A stretch of 64,000 nucleotides of DNA from contig JAJTFQ010000013.1 in assembly GCA_021299955.1 (NCBI GenBank), positions 11,075 through 75,074 on the forward strand, written 5' to 3'. Each line of letters begins with the position of its first letter. The first letter of the stretch is position 1. Origin of the DNA: Chitinophagaceae bacterium (GTDB lineage Bacteria > Bacteroidota > Bacteroidia > Chitinophagales > Chitinophagaceae). The notes under the pieces are model-generated. The model searched no databases. It was given only the letters and a program-made list of their open reading frames with translations, and was not told the origin of the DNA. This document shows, piece by piece, positions 10,401 to 19,762 of the stretch. A program made the translations under genes and the position numbers.

Positions 10401-11918
10401 GATATCTACTCCATCGAAGACCTTGCCCAGCTGATCTTCGACCTTAAGAACGCCAACCGGCAGGCCCGCATCAGCGTAAAACTGGTATCCAAGGCGGGCG
10501 TCGGCACCATCGCCGCCGGCGTAACCAAGGCCAAGTCCGACGTCGTACTCATATCCGGCTACGATGGCGGAACCGGTGCCTCCCCGATCAGTTCCATCCG
10601 GCACGCAGGACTTCCCTGGGAACTCGGACTCGCCGAAACACATCAGACACTGGTACGTAACCGGCTCAGAAGCCGCGTCACGGTTCAGGCCGACGGACAG
10701 ATGAAAACCGGCCGGGACATCGCCATCGCCACACTGCTCGGAGCTGAAGAATGGGGCGTCGCCACCGCCGCCCTGGTCGTGGAAGGCTGCATCATGATGC
10801 GTAAATGCCACCTGAACACCTGCCCCGTCGGTGTAGCCACCCAGGACCCCGAACTCCGCAAGCGCTTTTCCGGCGCAGCCGACCACGTTGTCAATTTCAT
10901 CCGGTTCATGACCCGCGAACTCCGCGAGATCATGGCGGAACTGGGATTCCGAACCGTCAATGAGATGGTCGGACAAGTGCAGAACCTGGCGGTGAGAGAA
11001 AACATCTCCCATTGGAAATATTCCAAACTCGACTTGTCACCCATCCTCTACCAGGAGCCCGAAGCCAGATATACCGGCCTTTACAAGCAAGAGGAGCAGG
11101 ACCATGGCCTGCTCGGCGTACTCGACTGGAAACTGCTGCAGGCCGCAAAACCCGCGTTGGAAAACGGCGAACCCGTGCGGGGAGCATTCCCGATCCGGAA
11201 CATCGACCGCACGGCCGGTACCATCCTCTCCAATGAGATCACCAAGCGGTACCGGGCAGAAGGCCTGCCGGATGATACCATCCATTTCAAATTCACCGGA
11301 ACGGCCGGACAGAGCTTCGGCGCCTTCAATACCCGCGGCATCACACTCGAACTCGAAGGAGATGCCAACGACTATTTCGGTAAAGGCCTCAGCGGCGCCC
11401 GACTCATCGTATATCCCGACCGGAAATCGCCGATCGTAGCAGAAGACAATATCGTCATCGGAAACGTGGCCTTCTATGGGGCAACCTCCGGAACCGCCTT
11501 CATCCGTGGAAAAGCAGGCGAAAGATTCTGCGTGCGGAACTCCGGTGCCACCGCCATCGTAGAAGGTGTTGGCGATCATGGCTGCGAATACATGACCGGC
11601 GGAACCGTGGTGATCCTGGGTGAAACCGGACGCAACTTCGCTGCCGGCATGAGCGGAGGTATCGCCTACGTGTACGATGTAAAAGGCACCTTCAGAGAAC
11701 GCTGCAATCCGGAAATGATAGACCTCGACCCGCTGAACGAGGATGACCTGGAAGTGCTTCGTGCCCTGATCACAGAACATCACAGACTGACCGCCAGTAC
11801 CGTGGCAGGATTCCTCGCCTCCGACCTCGAAAACCAGGCAGCCAGCTTCGTCAAGGTGTTCCCGAAGGACTATAAGAAGGTCCTGCAGAAAAGATCCGCC
11901 GCCGCAAAAGTGAGCTGA
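7404..11918 (+). CDS. gltB: glutamate synthase large subunit
   Basis: 1504 aa; HDA/CGIG N-terminal Cys, HSRFATNT, QGAKPGEGG, CIMMRKCHLNTCPVG. Confidence 0.98.
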   Translation: MASNLGLYRPEFEHDACGIGFVANLKGNKNHQIVSDALTILENMEHRGACGCEDNTGDGAGILIQTPHEFFFEECLKLGVHLPPFGKYGVGTVFFPREIRLREECRDIFHRTAEKLGLEILTWRKIPVNPEGIGPSALSVEPEMEQVFIACPDHINDPMAFERKLFVLRNHSSHIINNTVRKDTIGFYIASLSYKIVVYKGQLTSHQVRHYFADLRNKRVVSAFGLVHSRFATNTFPSWKLAQPFRFIAHNGEINTLQGNLNWLKSSERGFTSPYFTREEMDMLLPIVSEGQSDSASLDNVIELLSMTGRSLPHVMMMLIPEAWDDNDMMDPVRKAFYEYHASMMEPWDGPASISFTDGRMIGATLDRNGLRPSRYCVTTDDRVIMASETGALPVDPALIKEKGRLQPGRMFVVDLEQGRIISDEEIKQEVCNRKPYADWLNKYKIRLNELPEPRVMFTHLEHDQVFKYQKAFGYSREDLEQIITPMALDGKEPIGSMGTDTPLAVLSDQPQHLSSYFKQLFAQVTNPPIDPIRERLVMSLATFVGSNGNMLIEDPQSCHTVALKHPVLSNHDLEKIRSIDTGIFQAKTLQCYFRADGNPGRLKSALDRICRYAVDAVQDGFEVLILQDRAIDSDHAPIPSLLATSAIHHHLIRKGLRGKVGIVVEAGDVWEVHHFACLLAFGATAINPYLALSTIRDLRQTSRLKTDLDPDQLKKNYIKAVNEGLLKVFSKMGISTLQSYQGAQIMEIIGLNREVVDHYFTGAVSRIQGMGLDEIAREALAKHGNAFSKMEIPYDQLPAGGFYQWKRKGEAHLFNPQTIHLLQHSTRTNDYGTFKKYSKLVNDQGEKACTLRSLLDFKKTRTSIPIDEVESEENIFKRFATGAMSFGSISWEAHTTLAIAMNRLGAKSNTGEGGEDELRYEPMQNGDSMRSSIKQVASARFGVTSLYLTEADELQIKMAQGAKPGEGGQLPGHKVDDWIGRVRHSTPGVGLISPPPHHDIYSIEDLAQLIFDLKNANRQARISVKLVSKAGVGTIAAGVTKAKSDVVLISGYDGGTGASPISSIRHAGLPWELGLAETHQTLVRNRLRSRVTVQADGQMKTGRDIAIATLLGAEEWGVATAALVVEGCIMMRKCHLNTCPVGVATQDPELRKRFSGAADHVVNFIRFMTRELREIMAELGFRTVNEMVGQVQNLAVRENISHWKYSKLDLSPILYQEPEARYTGLYKQEEQDHGLLGVLDWKLLQAAKPALENGEPVRGAFPIRNIDRTAGTILSNEITKRYRAEGLPDDTIHFKFTGTAGQSFGAFNTRGITLELEGDANDYFGKGLSGARLIVYPDRKSPIVAEDNIVIGNVAFYGATSGTAFIRGKAGERFCVRNSGATAIVEGVGDHGCEYMTGGTVVILGETGRNFAAGMSGGIAYVYDVKGTFRERCNPEMIDLDPLNEDDLEVLRALITEHHRLTASTVAGFLASDLENQAASFVKVFPKDYKKVLQKRSAAAKVS

Positions 11919-11993
11919 GGCGACCTACGGACACCGAACAGGTAAAACAAAGGACAGACATCAACATTGACTCAGCAAAAGACAACATAAGAC

Positions 11994-13493
11994 ATGGGAA
12001 AACCCACCGGATTCATGGAGTTCACCCGCGAACTGCCCGCGAAAAAGGCACCGGCAGAACGCATCTCTGATTACAGCGAATTCACCAAACCCTATGACCC
12101 GCAAAGCCTGAACCGCCAGGCAGCACGCTGTATGAACTGCGGCGTACCTTTCTGCCACAGCGGTTGCCCCCTCGGGAATGTCATCCCAGAATTCAACGAC
12201 GCCGTGTACAACGAACGCTGGCAGGAAGCCTATGAGATCCTCTGCGAAACCAACAACTTCCCGGAATTCACCGGCAGGATCTGCCCCGCACCCTGCGAAA
12301 GCGCCTGCGTACTTGGCATCAACCAGCCCCCCGTAGCCATCGAGGAGATCGAGAAACACATCATAGAGATCGCCTTCGAAAGGGGATATGTAAAACCCCG
12401 CAAACCGAACGTACGCTCGGGTAAAAAAGTGGCCGTCGTAGGCTCCGGACCGGCCGGCCTCGCCGCGGCCGCCCAGCTAAATTATGCCGGACACTCCGTC
12501 ACCGTCTTCGAACGCGACGATCGGCCCGGAGGACTGCTCAGATATGGTATCCCCGATTTCAAACTGGCCAAGGAAGTCGTCGACCGCCGCATCTCCCTTA
12601 TGGAAGAAGAAGGGGTGCAGTTCAAATGCCACGCCAACGTAGGCGTCAACGTGAACCTGAACGACCTGCTCCGCGAATTCCACGCGATCGTCCTCTCCGG
12701 AGGTTCCACCGTGCCAAGAGATCTCAACATCCCGGGCCGTGAACTCAATGGCGTGCACTTCGCCATGCCCTTTCTCAAGCAGCAGAACAAACGGGTGGCC
12801 GGTCGCTCTCCGATCGAGGGCCGGGAACTCGAAAGCAATGTGCTAGATAATGAAGTCACCGCCGCAGGAAAACATGTCGTGGTCATCGGAGGCGGAGATA
12901 CCGGGAGCGACTGCGTAGGCACCTCAAACCGACAAGGCGCAAAAAGCATCACCCAATTCGAACTGCTGCCGAAACCACCCGAGGGCCGCAGCCCGCTCAT
13001 GCCCTGGCCGACATACCCCATGGTACTCAAAACCTCCACCTCGCACGAAGAAGGATGCGAGAGACGATGGGCCGTCGCCACCAAGGAATTCATTGGAGAC
13101 GAAAATGGTAACCTCAAAGCCCTGCGTATCGTAGAACTCGACTGGAAGATCTCCGAAGACGGCAAACCTGCCCGCTTCGAAGAAAGACCCGGCTCGGAAT
13201 CCGTCATCCCCTGCGAACTCGCCCTGCTGGCCATGGGCTTCACCCAACCGCAACAGGAAGGGTTGATCCGCGAACTGGACATCTCACTTGACGAGCGCGG
13301 CAATGTCAAAGCCTCGGAAAAAGACTACCAGACCAATATTACCCGCATCTTCAGCTGCGGCGACATGCGCAGAGGTCAATCACTCGTCGTCTGGGCCATC
13401 AGCGAAGGACGCGAATGTGCCAGAAAAGTAGACGAATACCTCACCGGACAATCCATGCTCGAATCCAGAGACAAAAGCATACTCGTTCCCTGA
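11994..13493 (+). CDS. gltD: glutamate synthase small subunit
   Basis: CMNCGVPFC Fe-S motif, GSGPAG, GGGDTGSDC, GDMRRGQSLVVWAI. Confidence 0.97.
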   Translation: MGKPTGFMEFTRELPAKKAPAERISDYSEFTKPYDPQSLNRQAARCMNCGVPFCHSGCPLGNVIPEFNDAVYNERWQEAYEILCETNNFPEFTGRICPAPCESACVLGINQPPVAIEEIEKHIIEIAFERGYVKPRKPNVRSGKKVAVVGSGPAGLAAAAQLNYAGHSVTVFERDDRPGGLLRYGIPDFKLAKEVVDRRISLMEEEGVQFKCHANVGVNVNLNDLLREFHAIVLSGGSTVPRDLNIPGRELNGVHFAMPFLKQQNKRVAGRSPIEGRELESNVLDNEVTAAGKHVVVIGGGDTGSDCVGTSNRQGAKSITQFELLPKPPEGRSPLMPWPTYPMVLKTSTSHEEGCERRWAVATKEFIGDENGNLKALRIVELDWKISEDGKPARFEERPGSESVIPCELALLAMGFTQPQQEGLIRELDISLDERGNVKASEKDYQTNITRIFSCGDMRRGQSLVVWAISEGRECARKVDEYLTGQSMLESRDKSILVP

Positions 13494-13516
13494 TAAAACA
13501 ACCAACATCCCCCATG

Positions 13517-13547
13517 ACCATCCGCGACATCACGGATGGTTTTTTTT
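13517..13547 (+). terminator. intrinsic terminator after gltD
   Basis: ACCATCCG-N8-CGGATGGT stem followed by T7. Confidence 0.8.
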
Positions 13548-13724
13548 GCCCCAAAATACATATTATATTATTTTTTATATGTTTAATCTAGAAACAAAGC
13601 AAGATTGGATATCAATACCATATTTATCTTAAATAATTGTTTTACAATAATTTATTTAATTATTAAAGACTTTTACAATCATATTTTAATTATTTATATG
13701 TTTATAATTAGAGAACCAATCAGT

Positions 13725-13754
13725 TTTGTTTATGGTTTATTAATGTTAAAATTG
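13725..13754 (+). promoter_or_regulatory. candidate Bacteroidota sigma-A promoter for amt
   Basis: TTTG(13725)-N18-TAAAATTG(13747) inside a very AT-rich spacer. Confidence 0.45.
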
Positions 13755-13794
13755 CAAAAGTATCACAGCAATCACTCAACTAAACCTGACGAAC

Positions 13795-15180
13795 ATGAAA
13801 AAAATCGGATTTAAGGAAGCAGCACCTTTCGTCCTGCTGGTGGCACTGGCCATAGCCGCTATCTTCACACCCGTACTCCCCAACTTTGATGATGCCGGAA
13901 AATATAGTGCGGCAGACATCTCCTGGATACTGGTAGCGACTGCCCTTGTGTTTCTAATGACACCCGGACTCGCCTTCTTCTACGGAGGAATGGTCCACCG
14001 GAAGAACGTGATCTCCACCATGATCAAAAGTGTTGTTGCCGCCGGAGTCGTCAGCGTCCTCTGGATCGTATTCGGCTTCAGCCTGGCCTTTGGAGACTCC
14101 ATCGGCGGATTGATAGGCAATCCATCGACCTTTCTTTTCTTCAAAGATGTCAACTCCGGTGAGCCCTGGAGTCTGGCCCCCACCATCCCGAAATCCCTGT
14201 TTTCATTATTCCAGCTGATGTTCGCCATCATCACGCCCGGGCTTGTAGTCGGTGCCGTAGCAGAACGTATCCGCTTCAATGCATACATCCTCTTCACCGT
14301 CCTGTTCTGCATCCTGGTGTACGCCCCCCTCGCACACTGGAGCTGGCATCCTGACGGATTCCTGTTCAAGTGGGGCGCCCTCGACTTCGCCGGCGGTACG
14401 GTCGTGCATATTTCTGCCGGATGCGCTGCCCTTGCCGGAGCCCTGGTGCTCAAGCGCCGCCGCGTTCACCTCGAAGGCGAAGAAGTTCCCCCCGCTAACG
14501 TACCATACGTGCTCATCGGTACCGGCCTCCTGTGGTTCGGCTGGTTCGGTTTCAATGCAGGATCCGCACTCGCCGCCAACGCCCTCGCCGTATCCGCCTT
14601 CGCCACCACCAACACGGCCGCCGCCGCCGCGGGCCTTTCCTGGATGTTCTTCGATGTGCTGAAAGGTAAGAAACCGTCTGTCCTCGGATTCTGCATCGGT
14701 GCCGTCGTCGGACTGGTAGCCATCACACCTGGCGCCGGATTTGTCGGTATCCCGCAAAGCATATTCATCGGTGTGGTCGCCGCCATCATTTCCAACATTG
14801 CCGTATTCTACAAGTCCAAGTCAAAACTTGACGACACCCTCGATGTATTTCCCTGCCATGGTCTCGGCGGTATCGTAGGTATGTTGCTCACAGGCGTATT
14901 CGCCTCCAAAGCAGTGAACGTTGCAGGCAACGACGGACTATTCTACGGAAACATGGAATTTTTTGTGACCCAGCTCAAAGCGATGGCCATTGCGGTTACA
15001 TACAGCTTCGTGGTCTCCTTCCTGATCTTCAAGTTCATCAACTTCATCCTGCCCCTGAGGGTCTCCATGGAAGAAGAAGAAAAGGGCCTCGACGCCACAC
15101 AGCACAATGAAAACTACGTGCAGGGCACACTCCTTGTTAAGAACGAAGCAAGCGGCATCCTTGAGGAAACCGAAGCCTGA
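13795..15180 (+). CDS. amt: ammonium transporter
   Basis: MTPGLAFFYGG, DFAGGTVVH, WFGWFGFNAGS, DDTLDVFPCHG (twin-His). Confidence 0.96.
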   Translation: MKKIGFKEAAPFVLLVALAIAAIFTPVLPNFDDAGKYSAADISWILVATALVFLMTPGLAFFYGGMVHRKNVISTMIKSVVAAGVVSVLWIVFGFSLAFGDSIGGLIGNPSTFLFFKDVNSGEPWSLAPTIPKSLFSLFQLMFAIITPGLVVGAVAERIRFNAYILFTVLFCILVYAPLAHWSWHPDGFLFKWGALDFAGGTVVHISAGCAALAGALVLKRRRVHLEGEEVPPANVPYVLIGTGLLWFGWFGFNAGSALAANALAVSAFATTNTAAAAAGLSWMFFDVLKGKKPSVLGFCIGAVVGLVAITPGAGFVGIPQSIFIGVVAAIISNIAVFYKSKSKLDDTLDVFPCHGLGGIVGMLLTGVFASKAVNVAGNDGLFYGNMEFFVTQLKAMAIAVTYSFVVSFLIFKFINFILPLRVSMEEEEKGLDATQHNENYVQGTLLVKNEASGILEETEA

Positions 15181-15278
15181 TGAAAACGTATTAAGAAAAA
15201 GGGCACAGCAGACGAAGACCGGTCGTACCAGGACCGACTTCACCACTGCACCCCATTGCAAATAAAAAAACCATTACA

Positions 15279-16349
15279 ATGTTACGAAAACTCTGTTTGA
15301 TGGCAAGTGCCATCAGTATCTCCGCGCATGTCATAGGTCAGGAAACAGCCCCCAAGGAAGAAAAAGGAACCGCCACATTCAGCGGATTCGCCGACGCCTA
15401 CTTTCGATCAGACTTCATGAGCACCCCCGGGAATAACCGGACTAGCTTTACCAACTCACACAACTCCTTTGAATTGGGCATGGCCTCGATGAAAGTGGAC
15501 TATACCAAGGGTAAAGTGAGTATGACCGCTGATATCGGCATAGGAAAAAGAGCCCAGGAATTCTCATACAACGAAACCGGCCTGACCTCTGCGATCAAAC
15601 AACTGTACATTAGTTACCAGGCCAAGGATTGGCTAAAGTTCACTGCCGGAAGCTGGGCCACACACGTTGGATACGAACTCGTCGACGCACCTGCGAATCG
15701 TAACTATTCCATGTCATACATGTTCTCGTATGGCCCCTTCTTCCACACAGGCCTCAAAGCGGAGATCACCGCCGGCAAGAGTGGCTTCATGCTCGGGATC
15801 GCCAACCCGACCGATTTCAAAACAGCACCCATCAACAGCAGCAAATACGTGCTCGCACAGTATTCAGTCGCCCTGTCTGATGACGTAAAAGCATATGTCA
15901 ACTATGTAGGGGGCAAACGCTTTACAGACAGTGCCCGGACCGGTCAGTTCGATCTGGTACTGACCGCCAAAGCCAGCGATCTCTTCAGCCTCGGCTTCAA
16001 CGGTACGGTCGCCTCCAACCGATTCCAGCAAAACAGCAAATACGACGAAAAGTCCACGAAATGGTGGGGGTCTGCCCTCTATCTTAATCTGGACCCCACC
16101 CCGGGTTTCGGCATCACACTCCGCTCCGAATATTTCAGCGATAAGAATAGTCTTGCAGCCATGTCATTCGCCCCGGAAGGAGCCGCTGTATTCGCCAACA
16201 CCCTGTCGGGCAACATTCACATGGGTAGCCTCACCCTGATCCCCGAATTCAGGGTGGAATCCGCCACTGGAAAGATCTTCAGTAACAAATCCGGTGTAGC
16301 GAGAAATGGAGACGCAAGTTTTCTGCTGGCCGCCGTCTACAAGTTTTAG
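15279..16349 (+). CDS. outer-membrane beta-barrel protein (putative porin, OmpL/BBP2-like)
   Basis: Signal peptide, alternating beta-strand pattern, C-terminal YKF; GYELVDAPANRNYS..YGPFFHTG segment typical of this family. Confidence 0.8.
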   Translation: MLRKLCLMASAISISAHVIGQETAPKEEKGTATFSGFADAYFRSDFMSTPGNNRTSFTNSHNSFELGMASMKVDYTKGKVSMTADIGIGKRAQEFSYNETGLTSAIKQLYISYQAKDWLKFTAGSWATHVGYELVDAPANRNYSMSYMFSYGPFFHTGLKAEITAGKSGFMLGIANPTDFKTAPINSSKYVLAQYSVALSDDVKAYVNYVGGKRFTDSARTGQFDLVLTAKASDLFSLGFNGTVASNRFQQNSKYDEKSTKWWGSALYLNLDPTPGFGITLRSEYFSDKNSLAAMSFAPEGAAVFANTLSGNIHMGSLTLIPEFRVESATGKIFSNKSGVARNGDASFLLAAVYKF

Positions 16350-16378
16350 GCAGTCATACGTTGGGTCGATTTTGCCTC

Positions 16379-16410
16379 GGGGCGGCTTTCCAGCCGCCCC
16401 TCTTTTTTTT
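16379..16410 (+). terminator. intrinsic terminator closing amt-porin unit
   Basis: GGGGCGGCT-TTCC-AGCCGCCCC then TCTTTTTTTT. Confidence 0.88.
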
Positions 16411-16464
16411 CACAGGAAACCCTACCCCCTTGCATCTCAAAAAATTACGTGATAACTTGCGCCC

Positions 16465-16881
16465 ATGCCGTTCCCATGGTATAAAAAATCCAAACCTCCG
16501 GATCCGGATGAGGCCGAAAGTGCATTCATCGGGCAGGGTACCGTATTGAGCGGAAAAGTAGTCAGTACCAAACCGCTCATCGTGGATGGTACCATTCATG
16601 GAAATGTGGATTGCTCAACCACGATCATTGTGGGAGAAACAGGGGTAATCATTGGAGAACTCCGAAGCCCCGTGGCACGTATAAACGGCAGGGTCTTCGG
16701 AAACATACACGCCCCCAGAAACGTCGCCCTGCTGGGTCAGGCCAATATCCAGGGAGATATCTTCACGGGCAGCCTGCATGTAGAACCTTCCGTGATCTTC
16801 AACGGAAGATGCCATATCCCTCAGAATGTGTCCTCCATCACCAAGGAGGAAGTCGAAAAGGCAGCGACCGGAGCAGCCTGA
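16465..16881 (+). CDS. bactofilin (polymer-forming cytoskeletal protein)
   Basis: Repeating I/V-x-G beta-helix pattern (IGQGTVLSG, VDGTIHGNV, INGRVFGNI, FNGRC). Confidence 0.85.
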   Translation: MPFPWYKKSKPPDPDEAESAFIGQGTVLSGKVVSTKPLIVDGTIHGNVDCSTTIIVGETGVIIGELRSPVARINGRVFGNIHAPRNVALLGQANIQGDIFTGSLHVEPSVIFNGRCHIPQNVSSITKEEVEKAATGAA

Positions 16882-16892
16882 CAAGTTCCAGG

Positions 16893-19475
16893 CTACGCAG
16901 AATTCCTGCCCGCATTGATGATCCCAAAGGAACAACGCATCACCAGCTTTTCATATACCTCCTTGTCTGCTGACTGCATCATGCGCTCCTCCAGTTCCCG
17001 AACCTTTGTGATGGCATACTGCTGGATAGTTGTCAGCGGTAATACAATGCGCTCCCGCATCTGCACAGACAACTGCTCTACCGGATAGTCTGCCATCAGT
17101 TCTGTTTTGCCCGACAATTGAAAGATGTACCTCCGGGTAAGTTCATATTCGCCATGGATCATATGCCAGATCTCACCATACACTGGATGGTCACTTAAGA
17201 AACGCGTAAGCGGGAAATGACATTTCTGCATTGCCATTTCACAATTATCGATCAGCGTCTTGAAAAAAGCGGACCGCTGATAGAGTCCCTTGACATCAGA
17301 AAGCCTGCCCGCCTCGTCCATTCGGCGCAGCGCTGTTCCTACACCATAATACCCGGTCACGTTCTGCTTGAGCTGGCTCCAGGCGCCAACGAAAGGGATC
17401 GCCCGAAGATCCTTTAAACTCAGCCGACCGGATGCGCCACGCTTCGCCGGACGACTGCCGATATTGGTCTCTGCATAGAACCGAAGCGGACTGGCATGCC
17501 CCAGATAATCCAGGAAATGGGGATGCTCCCGCAGATGCACATACGCCTCATGACCGATCACACTCAACTCCTCCAGCAAACGCTGATCAGAAACCTCCAT
17601 CGTCACCGGATGCTCGGATAACAGATCGTTACTCAGGCCGGCGTGCAACAGCTGCTCAATATTGTACTGGGCCGCATCCACCGTACCGAAATTCGAACTC
17701 ACCGTCTGCCCCTGCACGGTCAGCTGGATCTCGCGATTGGCGATGTTCCGGCCCAGGGACGCATAAAACTTATGGGTCTTGCCCCCGCCACGGGCAGGAG
17801 GACCGCCACGGCCATCGAAGAACACCACTTCGATCCCATACTGCCTGGAAATGCGGGTCAACTCCTCCTTGGCGCGATAGATACTGAAATTCGCCATGAG
17901 ATAGCCACCATCCTTCGTGCCATCACTGAAACCAAGCATGATGGTCTGCCGGTTGCCCCGCTGCGCCAAATGCGCACGATAGCCCGGCAGATTGTACAAC
18001 TCCTCCATGATGCGCTCTGCCCGGAGCAGATCATCGATCGTCTCGAACAGCGGAACAATGTCCACCGAGATCGAATGGCGATCCCAGCCGGCCAGTACAA
18101 ATAACGCCAGCACCTCCATCAGATGACGCGCACTGTTGCATTGGCTGATGATGTAACGACCCGCGCCGGCCTCACCATTCATCGCCTGAATGCGGCGGAT
18201 CACACGGATAGACTCCAGTGTCTCTCCCGCCATACCATCGATAACGATGTCTTCGGGTATGGCAGAAGATAAATTCGTAAGGCATGCCTCCTGATCAGCG
18301 GATGACATTGCAGGGTATTCGGAAGGCAAACCCAACCCGGCTTCAGAGAGTTGTTCGAGAACTTTACCATGCACCGAGCTGTCCTGACGGATATCAAGAG
18401 AAGCGAAATACAAACCAAACAGCCTGACTTTGTTCATCAGACTATCCACCAACGTTATGAACAGACCATTATGCTGATATAACATGGTCTCCCGGATCTG
18501 TGTAAGCGTCGAAAGGATCTCTTCTTTCGTCAGTTCTGTCCTCAACCCGGGAATGAAAATGTTATCGTAAAGCTTACGCTCCAGATCCTGAAGCGGTGCT
18601 TCCACGCCCTCGAATGTCAACCGGCGCTTCAAACGACGCACCTCCATGTAATAGCACTTGATGATACTGCCGCGCAACGCCTCCGCAACCCGCAACGTAG
18701 TGTCGGCGGTGACAAACGGATTGCCGTCGCGGTCGCCACCGGGCCAGAATCCCATCTGGATCACCGGATGCCCCTCTTCGGGCATCGCATCCGGAAACTG
18801 AGCACGCATTTGCGTGATGATGCGTCCGCAGGCGGGATAAAAAACGTTCTCCAGATACCAGATCAGACTCACCGCCTCGTCATACGGCGTGGGCTTCTGC
18901 TTTTTGAAAAAGGGGGTTTTACCAAGCTGCTGAAGATAAGTGTTGATCTGCCCGACATTGTTATCCGATACGGCGCGGGACAGATCATTGATGATCCCCA
19001 GCACAGACCCCGGATAGAACTGGGTGGGATGCGCTGTGAGTACCAGCCTCACGGCAAAATCCTTCAACTTCTCCCCCAGCCTGTCTTCCAAATGCGCCCG
19101 ACGCACCTCCGACTCGAGTTGTTTGAGCGTGCCCACACCGGACATATCATTCACATCTCGGAAGGCCGCATCCTCCAGCGCATCGAAAAGCACCACCTGC
19201 CGCTCAACATACTGAACGAAACGAAACAACAGGTCAAGCCGCTCCTGGGTCGTGGCGTAGGTAGTATGCCGCTCAAAAAAATCCTCGATGATCTGAACAG
19301 GACTCAGGTTCCGGCGATATCCCTCCTCACAGTTGGAAGATAACAGGGATAACAGGATACCTGTCTTCTCGATCCGATGAAACGGAAGCGAGGTAAAAAG
19401 ACTGTTGTACAACTGATACTTGATGCCTACCTGCGTCTTGAACTGCTGCAGGGCGGCGTTCTGATGGACACTCAT
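16893..19475 (-). CDS. ppc: phosphoenolpyruvate carboxylase
   Basis: LTAHPT, GGDRDGNP, VPLFET, MLGFSDGTKDGG, GRGGPPARGG, LRAIPFV. Confidence 0.95.
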   Translation of the reverse strand: MSVHQNAALQQFKTQVGIKYQLYNSLFTSLPFHRIEKTGILLSLLSSNCEEGYRRNLSPVQIIEDFFERHTTYATTQERLDLLFRFVQYVERQVVLFDALEDAAFRDVNDMSGVGTLKQLESEVRRAHLEDRLGEKLKDFAVRLVLTAHPTQFYPGSVLGIINDLSRAVSDNNVGQINTYLQQLGKTPFFKKQKPTPYDEAVSLIWYLENVFYPACGRIITQMRAQFPDAMPEEGHPVIQMGFWPGGDRDGNPFVTADTTLRVAEALRGSIIKCYYMEVRRLKRRLTFEGVEAPLQDLERKLYDNIFIPGLRTELTKEEILSTLTQIRETMLYQHNGLFITLVDSLMNKVRLFGLYFASLDIRQDSSVHGKVLEQLSEAGLGLPSEYPAMSSADQEACLTNLSSAIPEDIVIDGMAGETLESIRVIRRIQAMNGEAGAGRYIISQCNSARHLMEVLALFVLAGWDRHSISVDIVPLFETIDDLLRAERIMEELYNLPGYRAHLAQRGNRQTIMLGFSDGTKDGGYLMANFSIYRAKEELTRISRQYGIEVVFFDGRGGPPARGGGKTHKFYASLGRNIANREIQLTVQGQTVSSNFGTVDAAQYNIEQLLHAGLSNDLLSEHPVTMEVSDQRLLEELSVIGHEAYVHLREHPHFLDYLGHASPLRFYAETNIGSRPAKRGASGRLSLKDLRAIPFVGAWSQLKQNVTGYYGVGTALRRMDEAGRLSDVKGLYQRSAFFKTLIDNCEMAMQKCHFPLTRFLSDHPVYGEIWHMIHGEYELTRRYIFQLSGKTELMADYPVEQLSVQMRERIVLPLTTIQQYAITKVRELEERMMQSADKEVYEKLVMRCSFGIINAGRNSA

Positions 19476-19553
19476 CGTCGTGGGAATTTGTAGAAGGAAT
19501 CGTCGCTTCTATGGCAGGCAGTATCCCGAAGATAATACAAAATCCGGAGTTGC

Positions 19554-19584
19554 TTTGAATTCTCGTCCTGAGATGTTAACTTGC
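19554..19584 (+). promoter_or_regulatory. candidate promoter of thr operon
   Basis: TTTG(19554)-N19-TAACTTGC(19577), Bacteroidota -33/-7 geometry. Confidence 0.5.
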
Positions 19585-19594
19585 ATCAATCTTA

Positions 19595-19678
19595 ATGAGG
19601 TCAGACGTTACATATCGATTTGCTGCCGCTATTCCGGTCATCAACATGACCACCATCACTATTATTACAACCCGTTAA
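19595..19678 (+). CDS. thrL: thr operon leader peptide (MRSDVTYRFAAAIPVINMTTITIITTR)
   Basis: 27-codon ORF ending in 8 consecutive Thr/Ile codons, 84 nt upstream of thrA; below ORF-track cutoff. Confidence 0.8.
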   Translation: MRSDVTYRFAAAIPVINMTTITIITTR

Positions 19679-19762
19679 GGGTTGCACATACACATATCAT
19701 CCATCGGGCATGGGCCCAACAGCGAATCGAAAGTTATTCCCTCTTACCCCTTCCAACAAAAC

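Noticed and set aside
710-12359. Long antisense ORFs (e.g. 7896-9428, 6084-7181, 1649-2587) and similar ones opposite tuf, tyrS and the catabolic genes
   Set aside because: Shadow frames caused by strong C-ending codon bias of the real genes; no recognisable motifs
13605-13814. 69-aa ORF upstream of amt
   Set aside because: TTG start, Ile/Phe/Asn composition expected from AT-rich noncoding DNA, overlaps promoter and amt start
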